From Octopus sinensis (Eukaryota), in contig NC_042998.1 in NCBI RefSeq assembly GCF_006345805.1, positions 24,986,001 through 25,050,000 of the forward strand: a stretch of 64,000 nt of DNA. Direction: 5' to 3'. Below are positions 12,067-24,845 of the stretch, piece by piece; within the stretch, counting starts at the first letter, position 1; the number at the start of each line of letters is the position of its first letter. Under the pieces are notes generated by a model, which ran no database searches, was not told the DNA's origin, and saw nothing but the letters and a program-made list of their open reading frames with translations. Position numbers and translations under genes: made by a program.

Positions 12067-12544
12067 ATATATATGCATATATAAATATATATACATATAT
12101 ATAAATATGAAAATGGAACGAAAATGCAATAGAGGACATTAAAACATTTGGTCAAATACAAAGGCTGACAAGAGAAACAACAATTAAAAGGAGAGGCAAA
12201 AAAAAGACGGGTCATTCATGGCTTTCTTTCGTCTGTCAAGTCCCAAAAGTCACGACCATTTCAGGCAGTTACACTTGAGATGGTTCGATCTGCTTGCCCC
12301 TAAAAAAGTCTAAGCTAAGAACATTAAGCCCCTTTGTAAGAAAGCTCACAAATGTGTAAGGCAATAAAGACAAAAAAACACAAGCAAACAAAAACGGAGA
12401 ACATGGTACACAATTATGAATACAAACAAATATATATATATAGTGAAGGTGCATGGCTCAGTGGTTAGAGCATCGACCACATGGTTCTGGATTCAGTCTT
12501 CAGTCAAACTCGGCGGAATTTTAACTCAGAACATAGACAGATGA

Positions 12545-13010
12545 AATACCTATTTCTTTACTACCCACAAGGGGCTAAACACAGAGACGACAAACAAAAA
12601 CAGACAAACGGATTAAGTCGATTATATCGACCCCAGTAAGTAACTGGTACTTATTTAATTGACCCCGAAAGGATGAAAGGCAAAGTCGACCTCGGCGGAA
12701 TTTGAACTCAGAACGTAACGGCAGACAAAATACCGCTAAGCGTTTTGCCCGGCGTGCTAACGTTTTTGCCAGCTCACCGTCTTTAAGATTATTCTTTTCT
12801 ACTCTAGGCACAAGGCCCAAATTTTTTGGGGAGGAGGGTCAGTCGATTAGATCGACCCCAGTATGCAACTGGTACTTAGTTTATCAACCCTGAAAGGATG
12901 AAAGTCAAAGTCAACTGCAGTGGAATTTGAACTCAGAATGTAGCGGCAGACGTAATGCTGCTAAGCATTTCACCCGGCATGCTAATGATTCTGCCAGCTC
13001 ACTGCCTTAG
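12545..13010 (-). mobile_element. Two adjacent SINE-B copies
   Basis: Two reverse-complement Nin-like domains (GGATGAAAGGCAAAGTCGACC; GGATGAAAGTCAAAGTCAAC) each with a CTGCCAGCTC head. Confidence 0.8.
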
Positions 13011-13340
13011 TTACAGATGATAATAATAATAATAAATAATTTGGGACTGTGACATTAGTCACAAGAATAAATTATAATAGAAAGGAAGTTTTGATGCAGA
13101 TTAATGAATAAAACAATTAGTAGTGCTTCAGAGCTTTACAATTATCTCTCTCTCTCATTCTTTCTCTCTCTCTCTCTCTCTCACTCTTTCTCTCTCTCTC
13201 ACTCTCTCTCTCACTCACACACACATGCATGCAAACACACGCATACACAACATACATGTACATATACATACATATGCGCTGTATATGAAAGCAAAGCTGT
13301 TATATTTGATCTGTCTGCATAATTGCCTCTGTATCTTTTC

Positions 13341-13520
13341 CTTTTTACTTGTTTCAGTTAATGGATTGCAGCCATGCTGGAGCACCACTTTGAAGGGTTT
13401 AGCTGAAGAAATCAACCCTAGTACCTACTTTTCAAAGCCTGGTACTTATTTTACTGAATCCTTTTTTGCCAAACCACTGGATTACAGGGATGTAAACAAA
13501 CCACCACTGGTTGTCAAGTA
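13341..13520 (-). mobile_element. SINE-A 3' fragment
   Basis: CTTTTACTTGTTTCAGT...GCCATGCTGGAGCACC family tail. Confidence 0.7.
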
Positions 13521-13686
13521 GCAGTAGGGGCATAAACAAACATCAAGACACCCACCCACATACATACATACATTCATACATACATACGTTCATACATCCA
13601 CATACATACATACATGCACACATACATACATGCATGCATACATACATACATACATACATACATACATACATACATACATACATACA

Positions 13687-13990
13687 TTTGTTTGTTCCTT
13701 CTCGAGCCACGCCTGACTCATAAGGGCTGGTTTCCTGGTTTCCTTGGCGTATAGGTTCCCCACCTGGACAGGATGCCGGTCCATTGCAGGTGAGCTGCAA
13801 GATGCAGGAGGAAAGAGTGAGAGAAAGTTGTGCTGAAACAGTCAACAGAAATTCGCCATTACCTTCTGCCAGAGCCTCATGGAGTTTAGGTGTTTCACTC
13901 ATAAACACACACATCGCCCAATCTGAGATTCGAACCCGCGATCCCTCGACCACGAGCCCACTGCTCTAACCGCTAGCTCATGTGCCTCCA
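13687..13990 (-). mobile_element. SINE-V (tRNA head, V-domain-like CCTGCGATGGAC...CCCGTCCAGG body)
   Basis: Minus strand GTGGAGGCACATGAGCTAGCGGTTAGAGC...GGTTCGAATC; homologous to 55583-55871 and 25119-25375. Confidence 0.75.
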
Positions 13991-14002
13991 CATACATACA
14001 TT

Positions 14003-14163
14003 TAAGGCAGGCTTTTTTCAGTTTTCATGTACCAAATCCTCATATGGCTTTGGTCAACTCAAGGGTTATAGTAGAAGACTCTTGCCCAAGGTTCCACATA
14101 GTGGGAGTGGATCCAGAGCCATGTGGTTGGGAAGCAAACTTCTTACCACATGGACATACCTGT
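14003..14163 (-). mobile_element. SINE-A 5' fragment
   Basis: GGCTTTTTTCAGTTTT...CTTGCCCAAGG...CCATGTGGTTGG. Confidence 0.65.
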
Positions 14164-15076
14164 GCCTGATATAAATAAAGAAACCCTGTTTCTGTAAAGA
14201 GTGTTTTAACATAGAAGTTTTATAATGAACAGCTTACTTTTGTACACAAGTCCCCATTCGATGATATCCATTTCACACCAGCTTTAATTGTAAAATAGGA
14301 TTTGTGTTACAGAACTCTACATTCCAGGAAGACTTTCAGGAGTACAATGTTTCCATTACACACGAGGGGAATAATAGGGAAAGCTTATATTTCAGAATTT
14401 TACTGGCAGGTGACTTGATCTAAGTTCAAGTGGAAATTGAAACAAGTTATCCACATCATAAAAGAATTCTGTTGGTTATTTTGGAATACAAAAGATGTTA
14501 CATTTCTCTTTCATATATTTCTCAATTGTGCAGTTCCTTAACAGAACAACTTCAAAATAGTTAATTATGAAGTGTCAAAACGATTTTGTGTCTCTGCTGC
14601 AAAGCCATCAGCACAATTCCACTACATCCTTTGGAAATGATTTATGAGCAAAAAGGAAATAAGTCTTGTACGTTTCCTTATCTTTCTGTTATTTATTTTT
14701 GCCCCCCCCACCCCCCGCCCTATCTCTCTCTCTCTCTCTCTTTCGTTCCTTACTTACATTCACCTTTAAGCATCTCAGTCAAATATGTAATTGTAGTTAT
14801 TAAAAATATCTATTAGTTTGTTATGTATAGTTTATTAAATATGTATTATAGTTAAATGTATTTTGTAGTGTAAATGTAAAAAGTAGTCATATACAGTTGT
14901 TATTTCATGTTTTAGTCAGTTGTTCTTTTGCTTCTGAATAAATCTGCTTTTCTGTGTTTTTATTAGAATCTTTGGTCTGTTGTTCTACAAAATTATTGCT
15001 TTCCAAATTTTAAACATGTGGCTCCATTATCAGCTTTATATTCAATATTGTTTTTCATGTTGCTTTTTCTGTCTAC

Positions 15077-15398
15077 ATTACATATTCATTTATTTTAACT
15101 TATTACCATTATTTTTAATATTTATTACTAATATATATTTTTTATGGCAGTGCTCTTTTTTATGTTTGTCGATGTTGCTTGCTATGTATTGATGAGCACA
15201 TGCAAAGCATAATGAAATTTAACATTGACTCTTTGTATTACATATTCATTTATTTTAACTTATTACCATTATTTTTAATATTTATTAGTAATATATTTTT
15301 TATGGGAGTTCTTATTTTTTTATGTTTGTAGATGTTGCTTGCTTATGTATTGACGAGCACATGCAAAGCATAATGAAATTTAACATTGACCCTTTGTA
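15077..15398. repeat. 160-bp tandem duplication (2 copies)
   Basis: ATTACATATTCATTTATTTTAAC at 15077 and 15237; both end CATTGAC.CTTTGTA. Confidence 0.9.
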
Positions 15399-15864
15399 GT
15401 GCATCATGAAAGACTATAAAGCCTCGCCAGATCACAAAGCTAGACTATCCATCCATTCTGTCTATAGTGCTGATGATGTTAACAAGAGTAGAATATCAAA
15501 TTTTCTCGAGTAAATTCCGTGTCTGTTGATAGATAATCACTATGTGATAACATGAAAGACTACCTGTATATGATTAATAAGTGTAACTATGAATATTGTC
15601 TCTTCAGCTGTATAATGGGGGTAGCATGGATGTAATATCACAGTTTCCAACTAGTGACATTGATGTTGATTGAAGACCAAATTTGCAAGAATAAAACAGT
15701 ATTCTAAAATGATGTTTGTGAGCTGAATCCATTCCTTGCTTTGATCTGTAGTAAGGACTACTTGTCTAGACAAGAGTTTCAAATATTTCTGATTACTCAA
15801 CCAAAATTTGACAGAGCCCTCAATGTTACTTCTCTTATTAATAATAAAAAAAAGACAATCTTGT

Positions 15865-16213
15865 ATCTATTTTAAAAAATGTGTTTTTGAATTTAAATGT
15901 GTCTCTGAGTTTCTTTCAATATTACTGAAAGGCTGGCATTGACTACATACACATTTATAATTCCTGGTCATTATTACCTGAAGGGCGAAGGGTCTATGTT
16001 GATTTACTCCAACTAACCCAACGTTCATTCTTCATCACCATTTAACGTCCGTGTTCCATGCTGGATGTTAAATGATGATAATGAATGGATGCTACCCTTC
16101 AAATAATAACGATCAGAACTATGAATGCCTATGTAGTCAATGCCAGCCTTTCAGTGATATTGAAAGAGACGCAAAAACACATTTAAATTCAACAACACAT
16201 TTTTTAAATAGAT
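15865..16213. repeat. Inverted repeat with ~85-bp arms (15865-15949 / 16130-16213), MITE-like
   Basis: CTGAAAGGCTGGCATTGACTACATA vs TATGTAGTCAATGCCAGCCTTTCAG. Confidence 0.75.
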
Positions 16214-16739
16214 GTGGGGTGGTGTTGGAATTGCTGAAGATGTCCTCAACAGTTTTAGTTATAAAGGTTGAAACAAATAAAACAAAAGTAGTTACGTAGA
16301 TTATGAACACATCATCGTAGTTTCAATATATTAATGATATTGATTTCCTCACAAAAATTATTCCTCTTACTGATGGTCAGAAGAATGATAAGCCTGTCAT
16401 GAGTCCTAGACAACACATCAAATTCCAGCCATGAGAGTATAAGAGTCAACACACTTCAGCTCATCTTAATTGACTATGAGTCAAATAATTTTGTCATAGT
16501 CAAGCACAGCATCATATTTGTCATCATCTTCATGATATTTAGAATCCTAAAATCACTATCTTTCTCTTTGCTGCTCTGTTTCACTTTGATCACTTGGCAC
16601 TTCTCTATGCAACTGTACATATCACAGTTTGTACCAGCTGTTTTCTTGTCTATCCAGTTTTTATTCAGTTCATTGGTGTGCCATCGATCATGCTCACTAA
16701 TATTACGCATTGAACAGAAATTGCTCATTTCATAGATTG

Positions 16740-16920
16740 GCATTAGGAAGGGCGTATTGGCATTAGGAAGGGCATCTTGGTGTTAGGAAGGGCATCCAGC
16801 TGTAGAAACTCTGCCAGATCAGATTGGAGTCTGGTGCAGCCATCTGGTTTGCCAGACCTCAGTCAAATCGTCCAACCCATGCTAGCATGGAAAGCGGACG
16901 TTAGACGATGATGATGATTT
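16740..16920 (+). mobile_element. RTE 3' tip
   Basis: TTAGGAAGGGCATCCAGCTGTAGAAACTCTGCC...GGAAAGCGGACGTTAGACGATGATG. Confidence 0.8.
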
Positions 16921-17399
16921 CTTTCCAGCCCTCACACATCTACTTATTGAAGCTGCTTATGCTCTTAGTGAACAAAAGGAACTCCACGTGCCTCGTACTC
17001 ACATTTTAGAAAATATATGGCTTTTACACCTGACCAATATTGCTACAAAGCAATATCATACTTCATTTGCAAGTACCATACAATCAGTTCTTCACTTCCC
17101 AAGGCAATAGTCTCTGGAAATTTTTCCATAATGTTCTTACTCTGATTGCTACACTTTCAGAACACTCACCTTCACTGCTAATCAGGTTACATACTTAGAT
17201 AATAGGAGCTGTCATTTTCTTGTAGGGACCCTTCCAGCCATTTTAAGGATTTCTTTTCATGGGTGGACCAGATGCTAACTACTCCAGTACATCTGCATCA
17301 CACAAAATCCTCCACTGTTATTTTATGTCAAGTTATGATGGAAGCAGACAAAGGTGAAGAAGAAGAGGAAGAAAAAAAAATCAACTGAAAAAAAATCAA

Positions 17400-18634
17400 T
17401 TGAAAAAAATCAACAGGAAAAATCTGCACCAAAATGACTTTTCTTCCTTTACAAACATTAAGTTTTCGTCTTTTGTAACTCCTGGTACAAAAACTTTCTT
17501 CGTGAGATTTTCTATCAACATCAATTTCCTTGACAAAGACCCTTCAAAATGGAAGGATGATCCTAGTTACAAAAGTGGACTTGAAAAACTTTAGAAGACA
17601 GTTGTTGTGAATGATGTTGCAGAGAGAGTTGTCAAACTCATTCAGGATTACAATGACATTCTCGCAAAAGATGAAACTGAGAAACAATTTGCTTTACAGA
17701 TCTTTACCGAAAACTGTAAAACATATACAACTGCCTCTAAATCTTTTCTTATGCAAAAATAATGTTCAATATAGGCACAGGAGTGGCTGTGTGGTAAGTA
17801 GCTTGCTTACAAACAACATGGTTCCGGGCTCAGTCCCGCTGCGTGGCACCTTGGGCAAGTGTCTTCTACTATAGCCTCAGGCCGACCAAAGCCTTGTGAG
17901 TGGATTTGGTAGACGGAAACTGAAAGAAGCCCGTCATATATATGTATATATATATTTATGTGTGTGTGTGTGTGTGTGTGTATATGTTTGTGTTTCTGTG
18001 TTTGTCCCTCCAACATCACTTGACAACAGATGCTGGTGTGTTTGCGTCCCCATAACTTAGCGGTTCAGCAAAAGAGACTGATAGAATAAATACTAAGCTT
18101 ACAAAGAATAAGTCCTGGGGTCGACTTGCTCGACTAAAGGCGGTGCTCCAGCATGGCTGCAGAGTAAAGAGTATTCAGTGTTCAGTGTTCACATTATGTT
18201 TTTGATTCTATAGAAATTGTTGTTGTAAACAAAAAAGCATTTCTCTTAAAGGAGTTATGTGCTTTATTAAGAAAACCTAATATTTATTAAGTTTTTCATC
18301 TTATTTCAGGAATTTTTCAAATTAGCTATTGGTAAATTTGATTCAGAATGTTTTTAAACATCTGTTGGGATTGCCTGGATGTGTCTGCATTGATTTCTCT
18401 AAGAAGAAAAAAGAAAATGGTCAGCAAAGGGGGAAAAGTTACACTTTTGAACAGAATTATTCATTGTGTATACTATGTTCCAGCTTGAGGGCGTTTGAGG
18501 GTCGCCTAACAGTTGTTTGATTGAGCTGAGATTTTGCGCGCCCTGTTTTGTTGTTTATTGGAACAGGGATTCGGTGGGTGGGAACAGCAAAATTTTAACT
18601 TTGGGAAAATTACCTATTGCTAAGGGCCACTCTA
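17400..18634 (+). mobile_element. hATm-like transposon 3' end (transposase C-terminus 17400-17762 with one stop, 3' region, right TIR), interrupted by SINE-A
   Basis: FLDKDPSKWKDDPSY...L*KTVVVNDVAERVVKLIQDYNDILAKDETEKQFALQ matches the VVND.AERGVKL motif I recall for hATm-group transposases; GGGCCACTCTA at 18624-18634 resembles a TAG(G/A)GTGG terminus. Confidence 0.65.
17771..18170 (+). mobile_element. SINE-A, full length
   Basis: ATAGGCACAGGAGTGGCTGTGTGG head to GGTGCTCCAGCATGG tail. Confidence 0.9.
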
Positions 18635-18638
18635 ATAC

Positions 18639-18670
<32 letters not shown>

Positions 18671-18892
18671 TATATAGAGGGCATTATTACACATAAATGC
18701 CACACGCTAGGAGGGACTTTCAAAGTCATTACTACCAAAAATAAACGAATCATACCGAATGCAGCTCTCGAAGCAAGACATTTAAAAACAGAATTTACTT
18801 CCAGATCACCTGTGATTTCGCAATTAACGTATTATCTACGTCTTTTGTTCATCAGTGAAACGAATTCAAAACATATCAAGAATGAACAAAAC

Positions 18893-18935
<43 letters not shown>

Positions 18936-19453
18936 CATATATATATACATACATACATGTTGTTTTCATCATTGTTTTACGTCCACTTTCCATGCTAGCA
19001 TGATATATGTGTGTGTGTGTGCATCATCATCATCATCCAGTATTTTAAATCCAGGTTTTTCCCCATTAACGGGGGTCACTGGATTTACCTCAATAGCATA
19101 GCAACTGAAGCAAGCAGGTACCACCCACCCCAAACTTTGGGTGGGTTTGCTGGTGCCCATTCTCCCTTGCTATCATGAAACTTTTTTGGAGCTGCATTTT
19201 CTACAAGGAGCATGTCCTTGCTTACCTACAACCTCAGTTTCTAGATATATATATATATATGAAATATAAATTAGAGATAAAACCACTATTACGCAACTCA
19301 AACAGTGATAGACATAAACCAAAACATAAATAACAAATAATATATATTTTTATACGACTATATTTTAGCTTTATTAGATAAAGAGAACAGTCATTAATAA
19401 AGAATATAATCACTACACACTATAATATCTTTCACTATAACCCTAAATATATA

Positions 19454-19493
<40 letters not shown>

Positions 19494-19499
19494 TATATA

Positions 19500-19542
<43 letters not shown>

Positions 19543-19594
19543 TAGCATGGAAAACGGACGCTAAACGATGATGATGATGATGAAGATGATGATG

Positions 19595-19670
<76 letters not shown>

Positions 19671-19673
19671 CCA

Positions 19674-19734
19674 GATAACCGAAGAGATGGCGGCATAGAT
19701 TCCCACTTCGGCATCTGAAACTCAGAGTTTTATC
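19674..19734 (+). ncRNA. Degenerate hammerhead-like motif
   Basis: GAUAA-CCGAAGA-GAUG...CAUC-U-GAAAC-UCAGA-GUU-UUAUC; core has U4>C and an extra base. Confidence 0.4.
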
Positions 19735-19759
19735 TTGACTATCGAGTAATGTAACATAT

Positions 19760-19808
<49 letters not shown>

Positions 19809-20038
19809 ATGTAGGATAAAACTTTTTCGAAAAAATAATTTTATCAATGGCCAGCATATTAAAAATTACCTTTAAAAGTTAAATTATAAACAACTTATAA
19901 TAAGGGCAAGCGAAAAAATTTCTAATGCCAAATATGCCAAAATTAGACACCCTGTCCATACCCATATAATGTTTCACAATACGCACACTACTCAAAAAAA
20001 AGGTCGACAGAAATCTCTAAAAATTTCCATTATTACCG

Positions 20039-20091
20039 TATCAGACCGCTTTCAGGGTTAGTTCATAAGAACCCTCCCTTCGTCAGTGATA
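20039..20091 (-). ncRNA. Minimal type-I hammerhead motif inside an inverted-repeat module (arms 19885-19923 / 20136-20175)
   Basis: UAUCA-CUGACGA-AGGG...CCCU-GAAA-GCG-GUC-UGAUA; stem III one substitution from palindromic ACCGGU. Confidence 0.65.
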
Positions 20092-20194
20092 AATGTGGCA
20101 AAGAAATAAATGAGATACTTACTCATACCCATGGAAGAAATTTTTTCGTTTGCCTTTATTTATAAGTTGTTTATATATATATATATATATATAT

Positions 20195-21930
20195 CATCAC
20201 AATCAAGGAACGGCCATAATAGGCCATTCACCCACTAGAAATAACAGCCAAAGCTTCAACCGCAAATAAACATCAATTCCGTAAACCAGGAGAAAATTAA
20301 AAAACATTTACCCTGTAATTTCTTATACGATGCACCGTTTCATCTACTGTTTAATGGTAAACTAACCTGATTAAATTAAATCAAGCCAATCTTCCATAGG
20401 CCCTTAGAATCATCAGTAAGAAATAGCCAAGTCGGAACAGATATTTTCACGAGGCATTTCCGACCTGTGCTCGGCAATATCTGACCTAAAATTTTCAAAT
20501 CATCGCACTCGCGCCAAATTTATCGGCAGCAAATAAATATAAGCCGCCGATTCCATTACGGAATTAACCAGAAAATTCATAATTAATCAATATAGGGTGG
20601 CAAAAGAATTTTGTAGAATTTTTTTGCCACAGCGGCCTAGTGGGAAAAAATTAAATAGTCATAGACCATTTTTAAGTTCAACATCACAATCAAGGAACGG
20701 CCATAATAGGCCATTCACCCACTAGAAATAACAGCCAAAGCTTCAACCGCAAATAAACATCAATTCCGTAAACCAGGAGAAAATTAAAAAACATTTACCC
20801 TGTAATTTCTTATACGATGCACCGTTTCATCTACTGTTTCATGGTAAACTAACCTGATTAAATTAAATCAAGCCAATCTTCCATAGGCCCTTAGAATCAT
20901 CAGTAAGAAATAGCCAAGTCGGAACAGATATTTTCACAAGGCATTTCCGACCCTGCCTCGGCAATATCTGACCTAAAATTTTCAAATCATCGCACTCGCG
21001 CCAAATTTATCGGCAGCAAATAAATATAAGCCGCCGATTCCATTACGGAATAAACCAGAAAATTCATAATTAATCAATATAGGGTGGCAAAAGAATTTTG
21101 TAGAATTTTTTTGCCACCAGCGGCCTAGTGGAAAAAAATTAAATAGTCATAGACCATTTTTAAGTTCAACATCACAATCAAGGAACGGCCATAATAGGCC
21201 ATTCACCCACTAGAAATAACAGCCAAAGCTTCAACCGCAAATAAACATCAATTCCGTAAACCAGGAGAAAATTAAAAAACATTTACCCTGTAATTTCTTA
21301 TACGATGCACCGTTTCATCTACTGTTTCATGGTAAACTAACCTGATTAAATTAAATCAAGCCAATCTTCCATAGGCCCTTAGAATCATCAGTAAGAAATA
21401 GCCAAGTCGGAACAGATATTTTCACAAGGCATTTCCGACCCTGCCTCGGCAATATCTGACCTAAAATTTTCAAATCATCGCACTCGCGCCAAATTTATCG
21501 GCAGCAAATAAATATAAGCCGCCGATTCCATTACGGAATAAACCAGAAAATTCATAATTAATCAATATAGGGTGGCAAAAGAATTTTGTAGAATTTTTTT
21601 GCCACCAGCGGCCTAGTGGGAAAAAATTAAATAGTCATAGACCATTTTTAAGTTCAACATCACAATCAAGGAACGGCCATAATAGGCCATTCACCCACTA
21701 GAAATAACAGCCAAAGCTTCAACCGCAAATAAACATCAATTCCGTAAACCAGGAGAAAATTAAAAAACATTTACCCTGTAATTTCTTATACGATGCACCG
21801 TTTCATCTACTGTTTAATGGTAAACTAACCTGATTAAATTAAATCAAGCCAATCTTCCATAGGCCCTTAGAATCATCAGTAAGAAATAGCCAGTCGGAAC
21901 AGATATTTTCACGAGGCATTTCCGACCCTG
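20195..21930 (-). repeat. Tandem array of a 487-488-bp unit (starts 20195, 20682, 21170, 21658; 3.6 copies), one HHR per unit
   Basis: CATCACAATCAAGGAACGGCC recurs at those positions; HHRs at 20318-20424, 20805-20911, 21293-21399, 21781-21887 (minus strand). Confidence 0.9.
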
Positions 21931-21931
21931 T

Positions 21932-22341
21932 GAGTGCGATGATTTGAAAATTTTAGGTCAGATATTGCCGAGGCAGGGTCGGAAATGCCTCGTGAAAATA
22001 TCTGTTCCGACTTGGCTATTTCTTACTGATGATTCTAAGGCCTATGGAAGATTGGCTTGATTTAATTTAATCAGGTTAGTTTACCATTAAACAGTAGATG
22101 AAACGGTGCATCGTATAAGAAATTACAGGGTAAATGTTTTTTAATTTTCTCCTGGTTTACGGAATTGATGTTTATTGCGGTTGAAGCTTTGGCTGTTATT
22201 TCTAGTGGGTGAATGGCCTATTATGGCCGTTCCTTGATTGTGATGTTGAACTTAAAAATGGTCTATGACTATTTAATTTTTTCCCACTAGGCCGCTGGTG
22301 GCAAAAAAATTCTACAAAATTCTTTTGCCACCCTATATTGA

Positions 22342-22348
<7 letters not shown>
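21932..22348 (+). repeat. Inverted (fold-back) copy of the 488-bp unit with HHR at 22018-22123
   Basis: Reverse complement of the array from CATCGCACTC back through the unit junction to TAATTAATC; reads AUUUCUUA-CUGAUGA...GAAAC-GGUGCAUC-GUA-UAAGAAAU. Confidence 0.9.
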
Positions 22349-22400
<52 letters not shown>

Positions 22401-22501
22401 ATATATAAAAAAAGGAACCAATATATATATATTATATATATATATATATATGTATATATATAATATATAAAAAAAGGAACCAATATATATATATATATAT
22501 A

Positions 22502-22730
22502 TTTCTTTACTACCCACAAGGGGCTAAACACAGAGGGCACAAACAAGAACAGACAAAGGGATTAAGTCGATTACATCGATTCCAGTGCGTAACTGGTACT
22601 TAATTAATCGACCCCGAGAGGATGAAAGGCAAAGTCAACCTTGGCGGAATTTGAACTAGGAACGTAACGACAGACGAAATACGGCTACGCATTTCACCTG
22701 GCGTGCTAACCTTTCTGCCAGCTCACCACC
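22502..22730 (-). mobile_element. SINE-B
   Basis: TTTCTTTACTACCCACAAGGGGCTAAACAC tail; GGATGAAAGGCAAAGTC domain. Confidence 0.85.
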
Positions 22731-23727
22731 TGTGTGTGTGTGGGTGGGTGGGTGGGTGTGTGTGTATGTGTGTGTGTATGTGTGTATGTGTGTGTATGTT
22801 TGTGTGTGTGTGTGTGTGGTATGTATGTATATATATATGTGTGTGGATTATGCCTAAGACCAACCATAAAAATATTTGTAGAAAGTTTATATCTTCTAGT
22901 AAAAGTAATCAATCTCCATAAAAGTAAGAGTACAATTTCCTCACAGTATGATGCATCTGTCATGAAAGCCATATTGTAAAACAGTGACCTATTATTAAAT
23001 ATATAATATACTTAGATACCATCTTGTAAAGATACAATCTTGTCAATTGCAGAAGATAGCTGCAACACAATCTGTTCGTGTATGTTAACATTCACATCAT
23101 TTCACTACGTATAAGATAATCATTTATCTTAGATTCATAATAAATTGAGAAGTAATAATAAATTAATGACTACATAAGAACACAGAGACATGACGATAAT
23201 ATGAAATCACTCTTGTATTTTGATTTGTCAAGATTAAGACGATGATTGTCAGCAACATATGGTAGATTTGAAAATAGAAATTATTCTGATTCGTTTTCAC
23301 ACTTGCTATGTTGATTAAGGATTCATGTGAACGTTATAGTGCAAATGATAATCTAGTGATATGTGCAGCTGCTCTATAACAGATTTACGGTGGGGCTTGT
23401 GGCAGTGGGGACCTGACCTCTGGCGTTCTTGGTTCCCCTCGGGTTACATCCCTGCTCAGTTCTATCAGGCAGAAATGGCTATCTGCAAGTGCAAGCCCCA
23501 TGAGTTGGAGTGGCTGTTCCAGCACATCACCCTTGCTGTCCTTCAGGGCTATGCTTTTTCCATTTTGTCCACAGGGACCATGAGGTGAACTCAAAAGTTC
23601 TATGTCCCTTAAATTTAATTTCTATTAGCTCAGCTTCCTACACCTGCAGATGAGAAGATAAAAACAATTAGTTACTGGTAATGATTGAGTTGAAGCAAAT
23701 CAATTTATTTCTAATGCTAGTCTTATA

Positions 23728-23942
23728 TGAGGAAGGGCTGAAAAGTTCCTGGCTTTGGGTAAAAGAAAATGCTGAAGGATCAGTTAATTATGAGTTTATT
23801 CAACATATTTCCCTCTTGGATCCACACACTCATTCCAGTGACCCTTCAGTTTTTCTAAGCCCTGTAAAAGCTTGGAAGGTTGAACCTCCAGCCAGGCCTT
23901 TCAAAAAACTCTTAAAGCCAGAGACTTTTCAGCACACCCTCG
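23728..23942. mobile_element. Mariner-type MITE (215 bp), copy 2
   Basis: TA|TGAGGAAGGGCTGAAAAGTTCC ... ACTTTTCAGCACACCCTCG|TA. Confidence 0.8.
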
Positions 23943-24500
23943 TAAATTTTAGGAATTAGTTGAAGCAATTAAGCTTCATTAGATGTCGAAGCACTTAGAA
24001 AATAAATGACATTCATAAATCACATCTCCTCCTCTCAGAAAATACATGGCTTTTACACCTGACCAATACAATGGTCAGTGATGTTAAAGCAAAAAATTAG
24101 AGATCAAATCTTGTTGGGTCTTTGCAGGGATATGGCACCAATATGAATTCACATAAAAATCTTGCAAACCAAATACATAAATGAAATTATAGAACAAACT
24201 ATATTAGAGCTATTTCAGTGATTGCTCAATACACATGATATTCTACTTGTCTCAGTTGACTTACCAGAAAACAGTGCCCTCTGACTATTATTTGTAGTAT
24301 CAAGTATCATGTATACAATGCTTGCATGAAGACCTAATTTAAATAAATGGATTTACATAAATCTGAGAGACACAAACATAGCCGAGTCGTTATGAAGTTT
24401 GCTTCTGAATCTCAGTTTTGATGTTAAATCCCACTGCATGGCACCTTAGGCGAGTATCTTCTACTAAAGACCCAGATCGACCAAAGCCTGTTGAGTGAAT

Positions 24501-24534
<34 letters not shown>

Positions 24535-24624
24535 GTTAACGTCTGTTTTTTATGCTGGCATGGGTTGGATGATTTGACAGGAGCTGGCATGGTCAGGAGC
24601 CACACCAGATTCCATTGGCGAACT

Positions 24625-24845
24625 GGCAGAAATGTTAGCATGCTGGGCGAAATGCTTAGCGGTATTTCGTCTGCTGTTACGTTCTGAGTTCAAATTCCAC
24701 CGAGGTCGACTTTGCCTTTCATTCTTTCGGTGTCAATAATTAAGTACCAGTTACACACTGGGGTCGATGTAATTGACTTAATCCCTTTGTCTGTCGTTGT
24801 TTGTCCCCTCTATGTTTAGCTCCTTTGGGCAATAAAGAAATAAGA
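24625..24845 (+). mobile_element. SINE-B
   Basis: CTGGCAGAAATGTTAGC head, GGTCGACTTTGCCTTTC domain, AATAAAGAAATAAG tail. Confidence 0.85.

Noticed and set aside
15185-15235. TTGATGAG...GAAAT in the 160-bp tandem unit as a possible HHR
   Set aside because: C3 missing and no convincing stems I-III
20195-21930. Array considered as CRISPR or as Helitron 3' ends (hairpin followed by CCTAG-T)
   Set aside because: Units are whole ~488-bp near-identical repeats with no spacers or cas genes; CTAG is not followed by a TC 5' end and is not at the array boundary
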